A DNA stretch of 64,000 nt from Octopus sinensis (taxonomy: Eukaryota), in NCBI RefSeq assembly GCF_006345805.1, contig NC_042997.1, positions 178,808,001 through 178,872,000 on the forward strand, in the 5' to 3' direction. Each line of letters opens with the position of its first letter. The first letter of the stretch is position 1. Made by a program: the position numbers and the translations under genes. Of the stretch, positions 1-13,370 are shown in pieces. The notes under the pieces are model-generated. The model worked only from the letters and a program-made list of their open reading frames with translations, had not been told where the DNA came from and did not search any database.

Positions 1-1681
1 CCATCAGTTCCGAGATAGCTTCATCTCTGCCTATTTCTAAACGGTACTGGCTACCCTGCTCGGAACCTCGTTTTAGTTTCTATACACCTTTAGTTAAGCT
101 TCCCATATTCTCACATCTCGTTAAATTTATTATCATCTTTGAGGCTTTGATAAATTATAAATCAAGTTGTAGATTTAAGCTAAAAAATAATCTGTTCTTC
201 ATTAAATGCAAGAATGTGTGAGAAAATTTCTAGGACATTTACAATATGACTCAATGAATCCTCTTTTCAGATCAGAGCAAATTAAGTTGCTTGACGTAGG
301 GACATACATCAACATCTACCGTGTGATACGAACCCTTAATCATTTTTTAATTTTTATATTTGTCTTATTTGATAATTCATTAGCTTACGTGGTTATAGGA
401 ACTGGATAAGTAATATAGCTACTGTCTATTTGTTGGAGTGTTTATGCAGGAATATGTGAAGCTATATCTATCTCTTCAGTACGTATATACTCCACAGAAA
501 TTTGGCAGCCGGGCATCTCAGAATCTCTTCTCAATCAGCTGCCACAATCCGTGCTGTGGCGGTACATAACATTATAAAAGAAGGCAGTTGCAATGAATTA
601 TAATTTAGACCTATCACTACATTAGACTCGAGACCATATTAATGATACATTTGTGTTACGGAAGTAAATACACATCAAAAGGGTTATAGGAATACATTGA
701 ATAGAAAAATGTAGTTCACCTCAATGATATTATACTAAAAAAAAATAAGAAAAAGGAATTAAGCTAGTAAAATATGCCAGACTCTTTTCATCTTTAATAA
801 ATCGATATATATTCTAGAGAAAAATGAAGATAAACAAAACCACGAATATTCTGGCATTTCAATTATTATCATCATTATCTTCGGTTTTTTCTCTATTTCT
901 TCTAATTTGTATGGCTTATTCAGTCAGCAGAATGGAACAATGTGCAACAAACTATCTAATCTAAGACATAATAGTTATATGTAAGAGATACATCCGAATA
1001 TTACTTTTCATCTCTCTCTCTTTCTTCCTCCTTTTTCTCTCTCTTTAGCCCTATATATTTTTTTTATATCTCTTTCTTTTTTCTCACCCATCTCTTCCTC
1101 CCCGTTCATTCTTTTATTCCTCCTTTCACTTCTATTTCCTAAAACATGGCTTTAACCTTCAAATATCGACCGCATTATCAAAATCTTAGTGGCTATTAAC
1201 ATTTTACTCAATGGATATCGAATAGAGATGAAGGGTTTCTTATTGTTTCATATTGGATTTTAATTGTTGAAATATGAGCAGTTCATTCTTCAATGAATAC
1301 ACAGACATACTCACACAAACACACTAATATATATATAAATATATGCACACACACACACACACACACACACACAATACCACCCTATCTACCTATCTATTTA
1401 TCCATGTATATATATGTGTGTCTGTATGTATAAACACACTTGCTACAATATGACTTTTCAGTGTATATGCAAAATACACCGGTACCACAAAACAACAGAG
1501 TTTGGATGTATGACTATATAGCAACAAATATGTATGAATGCATGTATATGTGTGTACGTGTATATGTGTGCGCATGTTTATGTAAGGACATAGAAAAGAA
1601 AAAGGAGAGAGAATCAGAGAGTTGCCTCCAGTATATTTTTGTGTTAATAAATAGCGAGAGCTATTTTTATTAGAATGGCTG

Positions 1682-1718
<37 letters not shown>

Positions 1719-2514
1719 TTAATATGTAACGATTCACAAGCATCTGTTTAGACTCGCAGACTCACATGTGTGGATATCGTCTTTCTATATGTATGTCTCT
1801 ACGCGCGGGTATATCGAACATTTGTGCACGTACACACACACCATGCATCTTAAACTTCTATCTATAAATAAAGATACACGACTAACAATACTCCAAAAAA
1901 CCCTTTGTATTTCCTATTTATTTTTGTCTATTATTTATCAAATAAAATGTAATTAATTTTAGTTTTAGATTTCTCATTAAAAAAAGCGATTTCAGCACAA
2001 AATCCAAGGTTGCACATTATAATCTAGTTCTAATACTCTGTTACCGAAACACATATATGTATTCAAATATTTAAGGAACACATTGGTAGTTATAATAGTT
2101 TTTGTTGTTGCTTAAACTTTGGCAGCCTTGATCAGGAGAACTATTATCAAAGACATTTCAGCTATAAATAAACCGTCTTTGTGCATATCTAGTTCTATAC
2201 TATCGTACGAGATCTTTTTCTAAAGATGGTAGTATCTGATATAAGGAAGTTCGCTATCAGGTGTAATGACCATATGCCTCAGTGATTAAACGTTTGAAGG
2301 ATACAGAAAATTCTTCCTTATCTTTTATATGAATCAGGCAAAATTACACACAGCATGATTTTGTTGTTCAAGTTCAAACATTAGGATATGTTTTCTGAAT
2401 CCCTAATATTCTTTTAAAATCCGCGAGTTATATGGATATTCCTCCTGCTCGTTGGTGCATCGAGGTGCCCTGTCAATGTCTGAGAACCAACATGCAAGAG
2501 TATAACGTACTCAC

Positions 2515-2608
2515 TCTTTTTTGTTGTAGTTCCCAAGACACGTTACTGCTTATTGTAGTTTTTAAAGATCTTAGAGAAGTTGACAAATTGATGCCAACCC
2601 TAGAAGTA
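2515..2608 (-). CDS. Candidate exon, product unknown (TSRVGINLSTSLRSLKTTISSNVSWELQQKR)
   Basis: Minus-strand acceptor cttcactttgtttcttgctag|, donor AAGA|GTGAGT, one frame open (phase 2 to 0). No recognised homology; could be chance. Confidence 0.22.
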
Positions 2609-3312
2609 CTAGCAAGAAACAAAGTGAAGGGCAATATCTCATATAATACAGTCAAAGCTTAAGTATTATTACCTCAATAACTATTTAAAATCATACTTTA
2701 TAATTACAGTCATCAGCAAGTACATTATACCATGTAGTTTATCTGTCAGACATTTGCAGTAACCGAAACGTATCGTTTGAAACGAAATGCTTAACGGAGT
2801 GAATATCTATGTCTGGTACCAGAGAATTCAGTTCCCCTAGACCAGCACTACAGGGAACGTCCAGCTTAGACAGTTTGTTGAATGGATCAAGAGCAGTAAC
2901 TTATAATATATAATATACAATACTTCAGCTGGTACTCGGTGCAGTAGAGTTTGAGAAGCACAGCTCTATATTATCACTCGATCAGCTATAAATAACGCTC
3001 AGATCGCACTGCAGTTACATCTTACCGCTTTAAAATGAACACACTGGAAAATATTGTTTTAAGAGACACCCACATACAATAAAAAGACAGACAGGATTGT
3101 CACAAAGGGAATCCCTTTGATGAGAGATATGCCCTATAGTAGCTAATATTAGCTGAAACAACAAAAACAACAGCAACAACAGCATCAGCAGCAGTAATCT
3201 AAATCAGATGAATATCTATTCATATATAGTAGACATTTAATAATCACCGACTCTAAAAATACTTCCATTTTACACACAAAATGTCTTTGCATCAGATTAT
3301 GAAAGAACTTAC

Positions 3313-3373
3313 GCTCCTCATAACGCTGCTGCCATTAACAGGATGTGTGGTATAGAAAATAAAATGTAATTTA
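3313..3373 (-). CDS. Candidate short exon (coding or UTR)
   Basis: Acceptor atttttcacttgcag|, donor GAGC|GTAAGT, 61 nt, one open frame (KLHFIFYTTHPVNGSSVMRS). Confidence 0.22.
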
Positions 3374-5055
3374 CTGCAAGTGAAAAATATGACCCACGGT
3401 TTCTGGTTCAGATCCTTTATTCAGGTAGAGAAGGCAGAGAAGCGTGTATTATCGTCGAAATGTATCGGAAATAATGATTCTCACGGAGAATCTTCTTAGA
3501 ACCTCATATGTCGGTCATTTCCCTTTCCTCATGATAATATATTTATTTTAACTATCACGCTTCCTCTCGGATTCATTATTGCCGACGGAGGCTTAGACAC
3601 TCACCACATTATTCCCATTTTGGAAGCTACCTGCTTCAGTCTAGCTAAATGCAAAGATTCAGACAAACAATGAATGCTGCTGTATAGATCTGCATTTGAA
3701 TTAACCGCAATATTCACCAGCCATATGAGTCAACTTGGCTGGTTGAAAGAATAAAACAACTAACTTACATTTGCCAAAAAAAGCACTACGATCAAAACGA
3801 AAACGACGAAACATTCAATGAAGATATGGTGCAGACGTATCATAGATTATCCATAGATTCACATCACATAGAGTTTTGGAAAATTTTCTTTCAACAGCGA
3901 TCGGATCACAGGAAGCAGCTGAGATTTCCTTTCAATCTGCGATCGAAATTTTATCAATACTCTGCAGTTTAAATGTTGCCGAAAAGAGAAAACGAAATTA
4001 AATCAGCATTGTTTAGAGTCAGTACATTTCGAATTTCGTAATTCTAATAAAAAAACTGTAGACATGACTTACACGAATAAATTAGATATTTGTTTGTTTG
4101 CAGAGGTAAAGAAGTACACGTTAACTTTTTAAGAACCCTATCGATTAGAAATAACTGAGAGCAATGTTGATATGTTCTATTAGAAGTGATGATTCACTGG
4201 ACATCAAAAAGCTTTGTCCAGGATATGAAATGTTAATAGACTGTGAGGCGAGGATGATGTGATGTGGATTGGAAAGATGAATGTATCACCTGGATTTAAG
4301 TGAGGAAAGTATAACGTCGATAAAAAGAAGCATCACATATCACAAGAATGTCAGTAGAAAACTTAAACACTTTAACACACACGCGCTTTCTGTCTTTCTT
4401 TCTTTCTTTCTTTCTTTCTCTCTCTCTCAAACATCTCTATATATATATATATATATTATATATATATACATATATATACATGAAAATAGGATAAGATCGT
4501 TATTTAAAATACCGATCATATCAGGTGGCCAGCATGGGAATACAAACCTCATAGGTAATAATTATTATTAAAGTTGTAATTAAGTGTATCTAAAAAATAC
4601 CACGATGCTAGATATAGCAGCCATAACTTGACACTAAAATCTCCAGGAGAGAAAACAAAGAGAAAAAAAAAACTAGCAAGAAAAAAGAAAAATATTGGAT
4701 AATTCCAGATTCAGGATTTCTGGTTTTGCATAAGAAATGCATTGCCTTCATCAGTGGAATATACGCAAATAATTTTATATATATATATCATAATTTGAAA
4801 TTCAATGTAAAGTGCATCATTATTGATAAGCATATGCATTGTAGCATCGTTGCGTAAAGTAAAAAAAAATACATATTTGTTATTATACATCCCAGGATAA
4901 GAAAGCAACATTGGTATACAACGTGATTATACTACATAGTTTTATCTCTCCATGCAGAAAAAAAATTAGGATTGATTTGGTATTAAGTTAACCAACACAC
5001 ACAAACACACAAATACACACACACGCACACACACCCAACACACACACACACACAA

Positions 5056-5086
<31 letters not shown>

Positions 5087-5284
5087 CATTATTGCTCTAG
5101 ATTTCTTGGCTTTAACAAAAGAGCGGGATCTGAATTCTGAGGTCTGCGATATATTTTTCTGATGCACTAACGATTTTGCCAAGTAACTATTTTTAGGTTT
5201 TAGATATACTATAAAAAAATAGAAATATCAAATTTCTAAATATCTCAGAGAGATATAAGCAGTGGTGGAACTATAAAGCAGTTG

Positions 5285-5530
5285 TATACTGTCAACTTAA
5301 CGTGACAGTCCCATAAAGGAAATCACATCACCGCTATTTAGCCCTATGAAGCATCAACGCTTCCTGTCGGCCTCGACACAGTTCTTGTGTCCTTACGTTT
5401 ACAAAGGGGAGACAAGTACCCCAATCCAGCTAAGTCTGCACTCAGAGACATGTTTCTGAGTCTTGCTCGTCATCAGTCTGGTGTAGCATGGCTTGCTAGC
5501 TGAAGATACCTGTCTAGACTTTGTAAACAT
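5285..5530 (-). mobile_element. Short non-autonomous repeat carrying a hammerhead motif (PLE/retrozyme-like)
   Basis: GC-richer island around the hammerhead motif at 5439-5484; boundaries approximate. Confidence 0.5.
5439..5484 (-). ncRNA. Minimal type I hammerhead ribozyme motif
   Basis: Minus strand CACCAGA-CUGAUGA-CGAG CAAGA CUCA-GAAAC AU GUC|UCUGAGUG: intact core, stem I CAGA/UCUG extendable, palindromic stem III ACAUGU, GUC site between 5447 and 5446. Confidence 0.7.
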
Positions 5531-6279
5531 ATATAATTTCAAGTGAAGTAAATTCACTGATCACAAAAAGAAAAAAAATAGAAATATCAAATTAAAAGAA
5601 AGAAAAGACTATTTGCACATGGTCCTGACTTCAAATTTAAAACTGATATTTCGTTGCGTTTCTGGCATAAATAAAGACTCGAAAATATAATTTTATAATC
5701 CAACTGTAGTACATAACTATTTTGAATGTATCAGAGTTTATTTATCATTTATACTTGTCAATTTGTTTATTCACTCTTGTTAGGCGTTTTGTGTCTACAT
5801 CTGCATTTATTTTAAAATCTTTGAAAGAGTTCTGCGATCTTACAAAATATTATTGTATGAACATCTTTATTGAACAATGAATCTAAAATGTTTTTGGCAC
5901 AAAGTTCAAATAGAGAGAATTACTGGCATACTTACAGATGCGTCTCGCATAGAAAGTAAATAGAAAACTGTTTTTAAGTTAGAAATTTGAAAACTCAGTC
6001 ATCGCTTAAGGCGTTTTAATAATCATACTACTGTGTAACAAAATTTTGAACAGCAGTTTGTCTCCAAACCAAGCGTCGGTGTGGGTTTTTCAAAAGGTTT
6101 AAAGTCCACTGCGCACCTACTCAGCGCATATTTTATAAATGTTGGGAAATAAATTGAGAAGTGAACCTTTGTGGCATTTGAACAAACAACATATATATAA
6201 TAGGTCAGTGTCTGCTTCTTTCTTTCGGACTTCATATGTATCAGATAGATAGAAAAGATAGATAGATAGATACTGATCA

Positions 6280-6382
6280 TGATAACAACAACAACAACAA
6301 TAATAATAATAATAATAATAATGATAATAATAATAACAGCAGCACTGCCGCTACCACGACGACCAACAACACCACTATCACC

Positions 6383-6421
<39 letters not shown>

Positions 6422-6425
6422 CAAC
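6280..6425. repeat. (AAC)n/(AAT)n microsatellites
   Basis: Direct inspection. Confidence 0.95.
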
Positions 6426-6429
6426 TGCC

Positions 6430-6570
6430 GTACAGAACTTGTACTTCCCCCCACCCGTAGAGATGAAAGTCAAATTTAGCCTCTGTATTGGACCCGAAAC
6501 AACAACTGCAAAACATTTTGTCCGAGGCACTAACGACCCAGCCAATTCGAAAAAATACACACACACACAC
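6430..6570 (-). mobile_element. Diverged fragment of tRNA-derived SINE family A
   Basis: Weak similarity to the reverse complement of the family A head (acattttgtccg...cactaacga). Confidence 0.4.
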
Positions 6571-6824
6571 ACATACGCACAGGTATATGAATTGCGCTCG
6601 CGGATGCATAGACGTTGGGGAGCTTTGAGCTAGGAGCAAAGCTTTGTCAGATCTCTCACCAATGGAAATTAACAATTTTCCCTGTATAGCTGACAGCGTA
6701 AATACCATGTAGATAATCCCGTTACCCATAATTACATTATCCAATTGTATGCTCATCTGATCATTCAGTAATGATTCATGCTTTGCCATTCAGAAATACT
6801 CATATTTATGTTTCAACACAGACA

Positions 6825-7389
<565 letters not shown>

Positions 7390-7834
7390 AAATGTATAGA
7401 AATACATGGAGCTTCATTTTCTATCATTTAGTCGAAGTAGACAAATGGCGCCTCTGACCATTAGAGGTTTTATCAAATGCAGTTGTTATTTTGTTTGGGT
7501 GGAATTCGACTTTTGGCCACGAAAGAAACCTGGACAGTGATGGAGGTCTGCAGTTCATTGTAGTGTGGATATGTTACGGTGTGAGGAATATAATTAGATG
7601 AGACACATGAAGGATGTCGCGAGGAGAGGCGCATGAATTTGCTTGGCTAAATCAGAAGCAGTATACCGCAGTCTAGTTCAGAGGAGTGGATATTGTTTTC
7701 GTCATAGAGGAAAGGGGAGAAAGAAGACATTGCATAGTTGTGATCTACTGGATGTACATCACATGTGAGCGATGTGCCAGTTAGACAGATGCTCTTCATG
7801 GGATGTATACTGTGATTGTGGAAGCACGTGGTTT

Positions 7835-8058
7835 GGCTGGCAGAAACGTTAGCACACCGGGCGAAATGCGTAGCCGTATTTCGTCTGCCGTTACGTTCTG
7901 GGTTCAAATTCCTCCGAGGTCGACTTTGCCTTTCATCCTTTCGAGGTCGATAAATTAAGTACCAGTTACGCACTGGAGTCGATGTAATTGACTTAATACC
8001 TATGTCTGTCCTTGTTTGTCCCCTCTATGTTTAGCCCCTTGTGGGTAATAAAGAAATA
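7835..8058 (+). mobile_element. tRNA-derived SINE, family A
   Basis: A-box-like GCTGGCAGAAACGTTAGC, B-box GGTTCAAATTCC, three GGTCGA motifs; near-identical copies at 15228-15453 and 63179-63410. Confidence 0.9.
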
Positions 8059-8064
8059 TGTATT

Positions 8065-8250
8065 GGACTCATCATCGTAAGATTGTGGTGTCGATTCCTG
8101 GACTGGGTGACACTCTGTGTTCTTGAGCAAGACACTTCATTTCATGTTGGTCCAGTCTACTCAACTGGCGAAAATGAGTTATCCACCATCCAGGTGGGAA
8201 ATTGATACGTTATGGAAACAGACCCCTACGAGTCAGCATGACTCGAGAAT
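8065..8250 (+). mobile_element. Diverged SINE related to family D
   Basis: ttcttgagcaagacacttcatttcatgttggtccagtctactcaactgg...aaatgagtt matches the body of 60721-61060. Confidence 0.6.
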
Positions 8251-8520
8251 GTAACTTTAACATTACCATAGTCTGATTATTATGTAGTAGCAGAAACACC
8301 ACCAACACTCCAAACACCTTAATCTTCTCCACAATCACTTATTCCTGTACGGCATCAAGCATTAATTTAGTGTGAGTTGCACTTGAGCTTTGTAGATAGA
8401 CACCAACTGTTCCTGCTTTTAAACGAGGAAGGTTACACTTTTTCTTTTGTGATACATTCCTTGTGATACAAGGAATTGATCCCTACCACAAAATTTAAAG
8501 ATCTTACGTGTGTTCTATGT

Positions 8521-8690
8521 TTAAGAGATGAGGAATTATGTACATTATTTACATTATTTATACTGAACACATATTAGTCCTCATCTTGTTTGTTGTTAAC
8601 ACAACGTTTCGGCTGATATACCCTCCAGCCTTCTTCAGGTGTCTTGGGGAAATTTCGAACCTGTGTTCTCATTCCTAAGGTATTTTTCGA

Positions 8691-8739
<49 letters not shown>
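8521..8739 (-). mobile_element. Headless inverted copy of the hammerhead-SINE tail
   Basis: Reverse complement of 8833-9050; includes (AAT)n, a hammerhead and TGTAAATAA repeats. Confidence 0.85.
8598..8643 (-). ncRNA. Minimal type I hammerhead ribozyme motif (intact)
   Basis: GACAC-CUGAAGA-A-GGCUG GAGGGUAUAU CAGCC-GAAAC GUU|GUGUU: 5-bp stems I and II, ACGU palindromic stem III, site between 8603 and 8602. Confidence 0.75.
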
Positions 8740-8750
8740 GCTAGGAATAT

Positions 8751-8831
8751 GGGAATATGGCGTAGTGGTTAAGAGCGCGGGCTACTAACCCCAAGATTCC
8801 GTGTTCGATTCCAAGAAGTGACCTGAACACT

Positions 8832-8865
<34 letters not shown>

Positions 8866-9050
8866 GAAATAATAATAATAATAAAAACAATAACATCGAA
8901 AATACCTTAAGAATGAGAACCCAGGTTTGAAATTTCCCCAAGACACCTGAAGAAGGCTGGAGGGTATACTATCCGAAACGATGTGTTAACAACATACAAG
9001 ATGAGGACACATATCCGTCGAATGTAAATAATGTAAATGATGTAAATAAT
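8751..9050 (+). mobile_element. tRNA-headed SINE with internal (TAA)n and 3' hammerhead motif
   Basis: A-box TGGCGTAGTGG (8758-8768), anticodon-like loop CTACTAA, B-box GTTCGATTCC (8803-8812), (TAA)n 8833-8893, hammerhead 8942-8987 (CUGAAGA...GAAAC GAU; U16.1 mutated). Confidence 0.8.
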
Positions 9051-9751
9051 ATCATACGTGTGTGTTGATCGTGCAATATTCCAACACGTCCACAAGGCAT
9101 ATACTTGGCGCAGGTCCGTATGCTGATAACATCGTACTCGGTTCTTCCTATTATTCTCCAGATACACCTGCACAACTATTCCAATCACATAGAAATCTGA
9201 CTACAAAAGCAACATCGAACGTGAGGGGATGAAATGTGAGGATGACCTCGACAGGATTTAAACTTAGAACATAAAGAACCGAAATGAATGCTACAATAGA
9301 ATGCATTTATTTCGACGTTCTAACGACGCGGCCAGTTCACCGTCTGTACATCCATACCGTTAACTACTACATGTTATGTGAGTTATGAAGTTATATATAT
9401 ATCTGTAGATCAACACCTGGCTGTCCAGCGGACAATCTGTGTGCAACAGTTCTGCTGGATCACGAGAACGTGGGGTTAAATAACAACGACAGCAATAACA
9501 ATATCATCGTTATATTCGACTGTGGTCAGTACCTTCACACAATCAATACAAGCTTCAATGCCACCACCCTCCACCACCACCACCAACAACAACCACCACC
9601 ATCTTCACCCTCACCATCTAATTGACTAGTCTTTACCCCCAAAGTAAGGCCTTGTGCCTTTAATAGAAAGTATTACTATTTTTATTGTTACTATTATTGA
9701 GAGAGCAGTGCATGTCATCGAAGTGACACTGTGATTAAAATAATATAATAA

Positions 9752-9796
<45 letters not shown>

Positions 9797-9802
9797 GTTA
9801 TT

Positions 9803-10020
9803 AAGGCGTCGAGCTGGCACAATTGTTAGCACGCCGGGAAAATTCTTAGTAGCATTTCGTCTGTCTTTACATTCTGGGTTCAATTGACGCCGAGGTCGAC
9901 TTTGCTTTTAATCCTTTCCGGGTACCAGTTGAACACTGGGGTCGATGTAATCAACTCATCCCCAACCCCGAAATTGCTACCCTTGCGGCAAAATTTGGAA
10001 CCGTTACTATTATTATTATT
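9803..10020 (+). mobile_element. SINE family A variant with (ATT)n tail
   Basis: gagctggcacaattgttagcacgccggg...gaggtcgactttgc...ctggggtcgatgtaatc. Confidence 0.8.
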
Positions 10021-10046
10021 AGTAGTAGTAGTAGAAGTAGTAGTTT

Positions 10047-10078
<32 letters not shown>

Positions 10079-10710
10079 ATAATAGTAGTAGTAATAATAG
10101 TAGTAGTAATAGTAGTAGTGACAATAATTCCTGTTTAAACACCAGTATCTCATCAAATGAGTTACAGCCATGACCATCCTGTCCTTTTCTTGTATGCAGT
10201 ATTATCGGGACAACAAATTCTGTAAGGTTTATTCTCTAGGGCAGTAGAGTGTGATATGAGGGAAATATATTTGCTATTTCAAATAGGTTGAGCGAGAAAT
10301 TAGATCCTCACTCGTTGAGGTGTATTGGTGACGGTGGTGGGTGTTGTTGTTGTTGTCGTTGTCATTGTAGAAGTGGTGGTGATGGTGGTGGCTGTTGTGG
10401 CGGCTGTACTGATAATGCCTGCTGTTAGTGAATATAGAATTGAAAATATAACAAAAAAAAAAAAAAAATGAACGGAAAAACACAAACACAAAACAAACGG
10501 AAAACACGCACAAATACACAAACACATACACACAGACATACGCATTCACACACAAACGCACAACGCAGCACCAAAAATAACAAAATAAAGAAAAGCACAA
10601 GAACAAAAGGTCTACTTCTTGAGATAAAATAATCTCCATAAAATGGTAAATGCAACGGTTAAGCATTGCAGATAAATGTAGCAATATACGAGATAAAATG
10701 GATGAAAAAA

Positions 10711-10752
<42 letters not shown>

Positions 10753-10899
10753 GTTATTAATGTTGTTTTTGTTGCTGTATTTGTTGCCCCTTTTTTTACC
10801 TCATATCCAGAGGGTATATAATCTTAGAATCGCGTGACAATCTCAAACTTTCGTGTAGAAAAGTTCTACTTTGGAAAATTTCTCTTCCTAACATGTCTT

Positions 10900-10904
10900 T
10901 GGTT

Positions 10905-11002
<98 letters not shown>

Positions 11003-11124
11003 CATACATACATGCATACATGTGCAAACACAAACGAAAGCTAAAAATATGAACAGATACACACAAACTCACGCATGTATACATTTCTCTCTCAATCTCT
11101 CTCTCTAATTTATATATATATATA

Positions 11125-11194
<70 letters not shown>

Positions 11195-11314
11195 GTATGT
11201 ATATGTATATATATATATAATATATATATATATGTATATATATGTATATATATCTATCTATATATCTATCTATCTATCTATATATAATGTATATATATAT
11301 ATATATGTATGTAT

Positions 11315-11345
<31 letters not shown>

Positions 11346-11347
11346 GT

Positions 11348-11419
<72 letters not shown>

Positions 11420-11470
11420 GTATGTATATATATATATATATGTACATATATATATATATACATACATACA
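10900..11470. repeat. (TA)n/(TATG)n microsatellite block
   Basis: Direct inspection. Confidence 0.95.
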
Positions 11471-11914
11471 CATAAGTATTTGTTTGATATTTTTCTAATT
11501 TTCAGGGTAGTGAGAATCGATTTTATGACCAGTGCATTGGATGCACATCAATTGCAGACGTTAAGCAACGTTTGCATTATCTTTTCCTATTAAACAGGAA
11601 ACAAAGTATACCTGATCGGATCAGAAATGGCGAAGTTAACGACATAATGCATATACTTACTTACTTTGAGACATTCTTCAACACATGCTTTCATACATAC
11701 TAATATATACATATGTGTGTGTGTGTGCGCGTACGTTTGGGGTGTTGGAGTTTGGATAAATGCAATATTAAGCACAAGAGAAGCGAATGCCATATTGCAG
11801 GGTGTGTACGTGAATGAACGTGAACATACACACACACACGTATATACATATATACTTACATACATAGACATACACACACACACATACATATATATACATT
11901 TACATATACATGCA

Positions 11915-11956
<42 letters not shown>

Positions 11957-11965
11957 GTATGTATG

Positions 11966-11996
<31 letters not shown>

Positions 11997-12150
11997 GTAT
12001 GTATATAGTTCTTAGCTGGATATTCTGTTTTACATTAATGTAACAACGTAATATCCTGCTAATAACATCAGCAACAATAACAATAATAATAACCATAATT
12101 ATAATAATGATAATAATAAATATAGACAATTCATATGTAAGTATCTGGCC

Positions 12151-12202
<52 letters not shown>

Positions 12203-12262
12203 GTCTGTCTGTGTTTGTGAGTGTGTCTGTTTATTTATCTATATATATTACGTATACGTATA

Positions 12263-12309
<47 letters not shown>

Positions 12310-12634
12310 AGCGTGTTGTGTGTACGGTGTTTTTGTGCGCGTGTGTGAGTATGTGGTGTGTGTGTGTATGTGCAAGTACGAGTGCGCATGTATTCCCATT
12401 TGCAGAGTCGATTCACCTCACGTACACGAATGTTATCTATTAGTGTGGATAAAGGAGAAAATGCGAGAATGTTAGTGGGAAACCCACTCTAAATGCACGC
12501 CATGTTTTTGCATAGATGACGGGTACGGTGAGAGAACAAGGAAGACGGATTTCTGTGATTAGTTTTCGAAATAGCAACAACAAGTAAATAAAATATAGAA
12601 TCAATGACATGGGCGTGAAGTAAAAAATAGTAAG

Positions 12635-12671
<37 letters not shown>

Positions 12672-13164
12672 ATGTATATATTTATAGATATATAATAGAG
12701 AAACAGAAGAAGAAATACAATCATATGCATGAAACATGTGGTTGAAAAAAGCTCTATGAAACGTACAAAATGAATAGAAGTAACATAAAAACCAAATTTT
12801 TTCCAATCATGAAGCACACTGACCAATCTTGATTCAATATATTTCTATTTTTACAATTGTTGATTGATATTTAGCCTAATATCCATAAATGAAGTTAAAA
12901 AACTTATTTCATATACAAAGTTAAAAAAAAACACAGCAAAAAACAAAAAAAATTATACAAAACTAAAAGTGAAGCTTGTATTGTAATTCTTTCTATCTAT
13001 ATTTTCTTATCTTTCTTTCTTTTCTGAACAGAAAAGCTTCCTAAAGTGGGCTGCTATGATTCTTGAATCGATAACCGACAAGATAAAAATGGGTATGTTA
13101 TGTTATCAGAATTTTCTGTTGATAACTTCTGTTGCAGCTGGAAACAATTCATAAAAGAAACAAT

Positions 13165-13370
13165 TATCCATCGATCCATCCAGCCATTCATCTTTCCATT
13201 CATCCATCTGTTCGTCGAGCCATCCATTCACCTACTTATCCACCCATCCACCAATTTATTCACCCATCTAACCACACATCCACCCATTTATCTATCCATC
13301 ACCCAATTTTCTATCCAGCCATTCATGCACCCAGCCATTCATCTGTCTCACCATACACCCATCCATCCTC
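13165..13370. repeat. Degenerate (CCAT)n microsatellite
   Basis: Repeated catc/ccat/catt units. Confidence 0.8.

Larger units (their letters stand above)
7480..8445 (-). pseudogene. Decayed CR1/L2/Jockey-group LINE ORF2 C-terminus, split by two SINE insertions
   Basis: Minus-strand translations QLVSIYKAQVQLTL (~8380-8425; cf. LYKAQVRP.LEY) and AMSSFSPFLY...SSELDCGILL...MRLSSRHPSCV (7600-7740), with stops and frameshifts. Confidence 0.5.

Noticed and set aside
206-409. 67-aa ORF
   Set aside because: No homology recognised and no convincing splice pair.
2740-2780. ccGAAACGTA hammerhead-like half
   Set aside because: No CUGANGA and no supporting stems.
8751-8827. Possible tRNA-Ser-like gene
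   Set aside because: No convincing acceptor stem, weak anticodon stem, and continuous with a repeat tail; treated as a SINE head.
11516-11703. Plus-strand acceptor followed by a ~60-codon open frame ([10 protein letters not shown]...)
   Set aside because: No donor or partner exon and no recognised family; wedged between microsatellites.
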